Of a DNA stretch of 64,000 bases, positions 62,469 through 64,000 are shown piece by piece. The position numbers and the translations under genes are program-made. Position 1 is the first letter of the stretch; each line of letters begins with the position of its first letter. The notes under the pieces were generated by a model that saw nothing but the letters and a program-made list of their open reading frames with translations, was not told the origin of the DNA and searched no databases. Source of the DNA: Clostridia bacterium (GTDB lineage: Bacteria; Bacillota; Clostridia; RUG12999). The DNA is taken from NCBI GenBank assembly GCA_017467445.1, contig JAFTSG010000014.1, forward strand, positions 19,198-83,197, written 5' to 3'.

Positions 62469-63443
62469 ATGAAAAAATATTTATTGTGTCACTTTATTTG
62501 TCTTTTACTTATTTTTATAATTCCTCTTACTGTGATTCTTGCAAGTAATATTGCAACCGGAATAAATGTTTCTGAATATAAACCGACGCTTTCTCTTAAA
62601 TCAATAACTGTTTATAATTCCAAAACGGACAAGGTTATGGAAATGGATTTAGAAGAATATTTATGCGGTGTTATTTCGGCCGAAATGCCAGCATCTTTCC
62701 CATACGAGGCACTGAAAGCACAGGCGGTTGCCGCACGCACATATATTGTAAAAAGGTGCGAAAATTCCACTTCCACCGATGCACACAAGGGCGCAATGAT
62801 GTGCACATCTTCCGCGCATTGTAACGCATGGTTTTCCAAAGAAGAGCGTATGGAAAAATGGGAGAAATCCGAAGCACAGTCTAACTGGAATAAAATTGTT
62901 TCTGCCGTCAATGACACCTCGGGCGAAATTATGACGTATGACGGTGCACCCATAACAGCTGTTTTTTATGCCATATCTTCCGGCAAAACCGAAAATGCAG
63001 AAGATGTGTGGGGCGGAAACGTACCATATTTACAATCTGCCGAAAGCCCCTACGATACGCAAGCACCGGGATATTCCTCTACTGCCACTTTTTCAAAAGA
63101 GGAATTTAAAAACATAATTCTTTCTGCCGGAAAGGGAGCCGATTTAAGCGACTCACCAAGCACGTGGTATAAAAACGAAAACCGCTCCGAAGGCGGAGCA
63201 GTTTTAGATTGCAATATAGGCGGCGCCGTTTTTAAAGGCACCGAAATTAGAAGTTTATTTTCTCTTCGGTCACACAACTATACTCTTTCCTATGACGATG
63301 GCAGCTTTACTTTTAATGTAAAAGGCTACGGTCACGGGGTTGGAATGAGCCAATGGGGTGCAAAATACTATGCTGAAGAAGGCAAAAGCTATAAAGATAT
63401 TCTGAAAATTTATTATAGCGGTATAAGTTTTCGTAAAATTTAG
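62469..63443 (+). CDS. spoIID: Stage II sporulation protein D (SpoIID lytic transglycosylase family)
   Basis: EEYLCGVISAEMPASFPYEALKAQAVAARTY, AVFYAISSGKTE and GYGHGVGMSQWGA motifs. Confidence 0.9.
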   Translation: MKKYLLCHFICLLLIFIIPLTVILASNIATGINVSEYKPTLSLKSITVYNSKTDKVMEMDLEEYLCGVISAEMPASFPYEALKAQAVAARTYIVKRCENSTSTDAHKGAMMCTSSAHCNAWFSKEERMEKWEKSEAQSNWNKIVSAVNDTSGEIMTYDGAPITAVFYAISSGKTENAEDVWGGNVPYLQSAESPYDTQAPGYSSTATFSKEEFKNIILSAGKGADLSDSPSTWYKNENRSEGGAVLDCNIGGAVFKGTEIRSLFSLRSHNYTLSYDDGSFTFNVKGYGHGVGMSQWGAKYYAEEGKSYKDILKIYYSGISFRKI

Positions 63444-63481
63444 TCAGTTAAAGAATACTCTTCTGTATGTTATAGCAAAAT

Positions 63482-63515
63482 AAAAAGAGGCGCTGTGCGC
63501 CTCTTTTATTTTTCA
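63482..63515. terminator. Bidirectional terminator (spoIID / fba)
   Basis: aaaaaGAGGCGCtgtGCGCCTCttttatttttc. Confidence 0.75.
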
Positions 63516-64000
63516 TTAGATAGTGTCGTTACTTCCAAGAACGTTAACAATCTTGTGTTTAACAAGTTCTTTAATGTTTGTTCTTGCATCTGTAAGATAC
63601 TGACGCGGGTCAAAATGTGACGGGTTTTCAGCAAGGTGTTTTCTTACTGAAGCTGTCATTGCAAGACGAAGGTCAGAATCGATATTGATTTTACATACAG
63701 CCATGGAAGCTGCCTTGCGGAGCATTGATTCAGGAACGCCCTGTGCACCCGGCATATCCCCACCGAACTGATTAATCATATCAACATATTCCGGAATAAC
63801 GGAAGATGCACCGTGAAGAACAATCGGGAAATTCGGAAGTCTTTTTGAAACTTCTTCAAGAATATCAAAACGAAGTCTTGGTTCACCTTTGAATTTGAAC
63901 GCACCGTGGCTTGTACCAATTGCAATAGCAAGTGAGTCAACACCTGTACGTGTTACAAATTCTTCAACTTCATCAGGTTTTGTAAACTGAGCATCTTCAT
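63516..64000 (-). CDS. fba: Class II fructose-bisphosphate aldolase (C-terminal part; 5' end beyond the window)
   Basis: The frame stays open to base 64000. ...HGASSVIPEYVDMINQFGGDMPGAQGVPE...KINIDSDLRLA is typical of class II FBA. Confidence 0.9.
   Translation of the reverse strand, partial: EDAQFTKPDEVEEFVTRTGVDSLAIAIGTSHGAFKFKGEPRLRFDILEEVSKRLPNFPIVLHGASSVIPEYVDMINQFGGDMPGAQGVPESMLRKAASMAVCKINIDSDLRLAMTASVRKHLAENPSHFDPRQYLTDARTNIKELVKHKIVNVLGSNDTI

Overview
This window looks like a core chromosomal segment of a low-GC, spore-forming Clostridia-type Firmicute. That assignment is an inference from gene content: a CIRCE-controlled groESL, spoIID, a SipL-like LysM coat protein, an SLH-domain wall protein and type III glutamine synthetase. 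Coding density is very high, with about 60 protein genes.

Housekeeping genes present:
- atpD-atpC, groES-groEL, pfkA, uvrC and ptsH
- trmL-recJ-relA
- feoAB and pnuC
- pgm-hisS-aspS
- nifS-like cysteine desulfurase and sua5
- cca, pgi, glnN, trkAH and fba

There is one tRNA, tRNA-Arg(CCU). I found no rRNA, CRISPR array, transposase, integrase or prophage.

Non-routine items, in rough order of interest:
1. An orphan pair of HPr-kinase-like P-loop protein and PqqD-type peptide-recognition protein, with its own promoter and terminator. It sits beside a four-TM protein with a Cys-tail, tRNA-Arg and a 19-cysteine protein. None of the usual RiPP enzymes and no visible precursor is nearby.
2. A cobalamin riboswitch with terminator that controls an ECF transporter. 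Both ATPases and the S-component of that transporter are fused into one 888-aa chain.
3. A GC-rich 118-nt segment carrying a perfect 15-nt inverted copy of the tRNA-Arg T-arm.
4. A 55-aa protein that is 45 percent Asn, with a 33-nt-period repeat and a forespore-type promoter match.
5. A 10.5-kb run of nine genes with almost no gaps. It links pgm-hisS-aspS (no T-box) to an ABC/GldG/DUF4340 system and LemA/TPM.
6. A low-GC LicC(HTH)-LicD-SDR surface-decoration islet.
7. A truncated ATP synthase epsilon subunit.

All functional calls come from reading motifs by eye. No database search was run.
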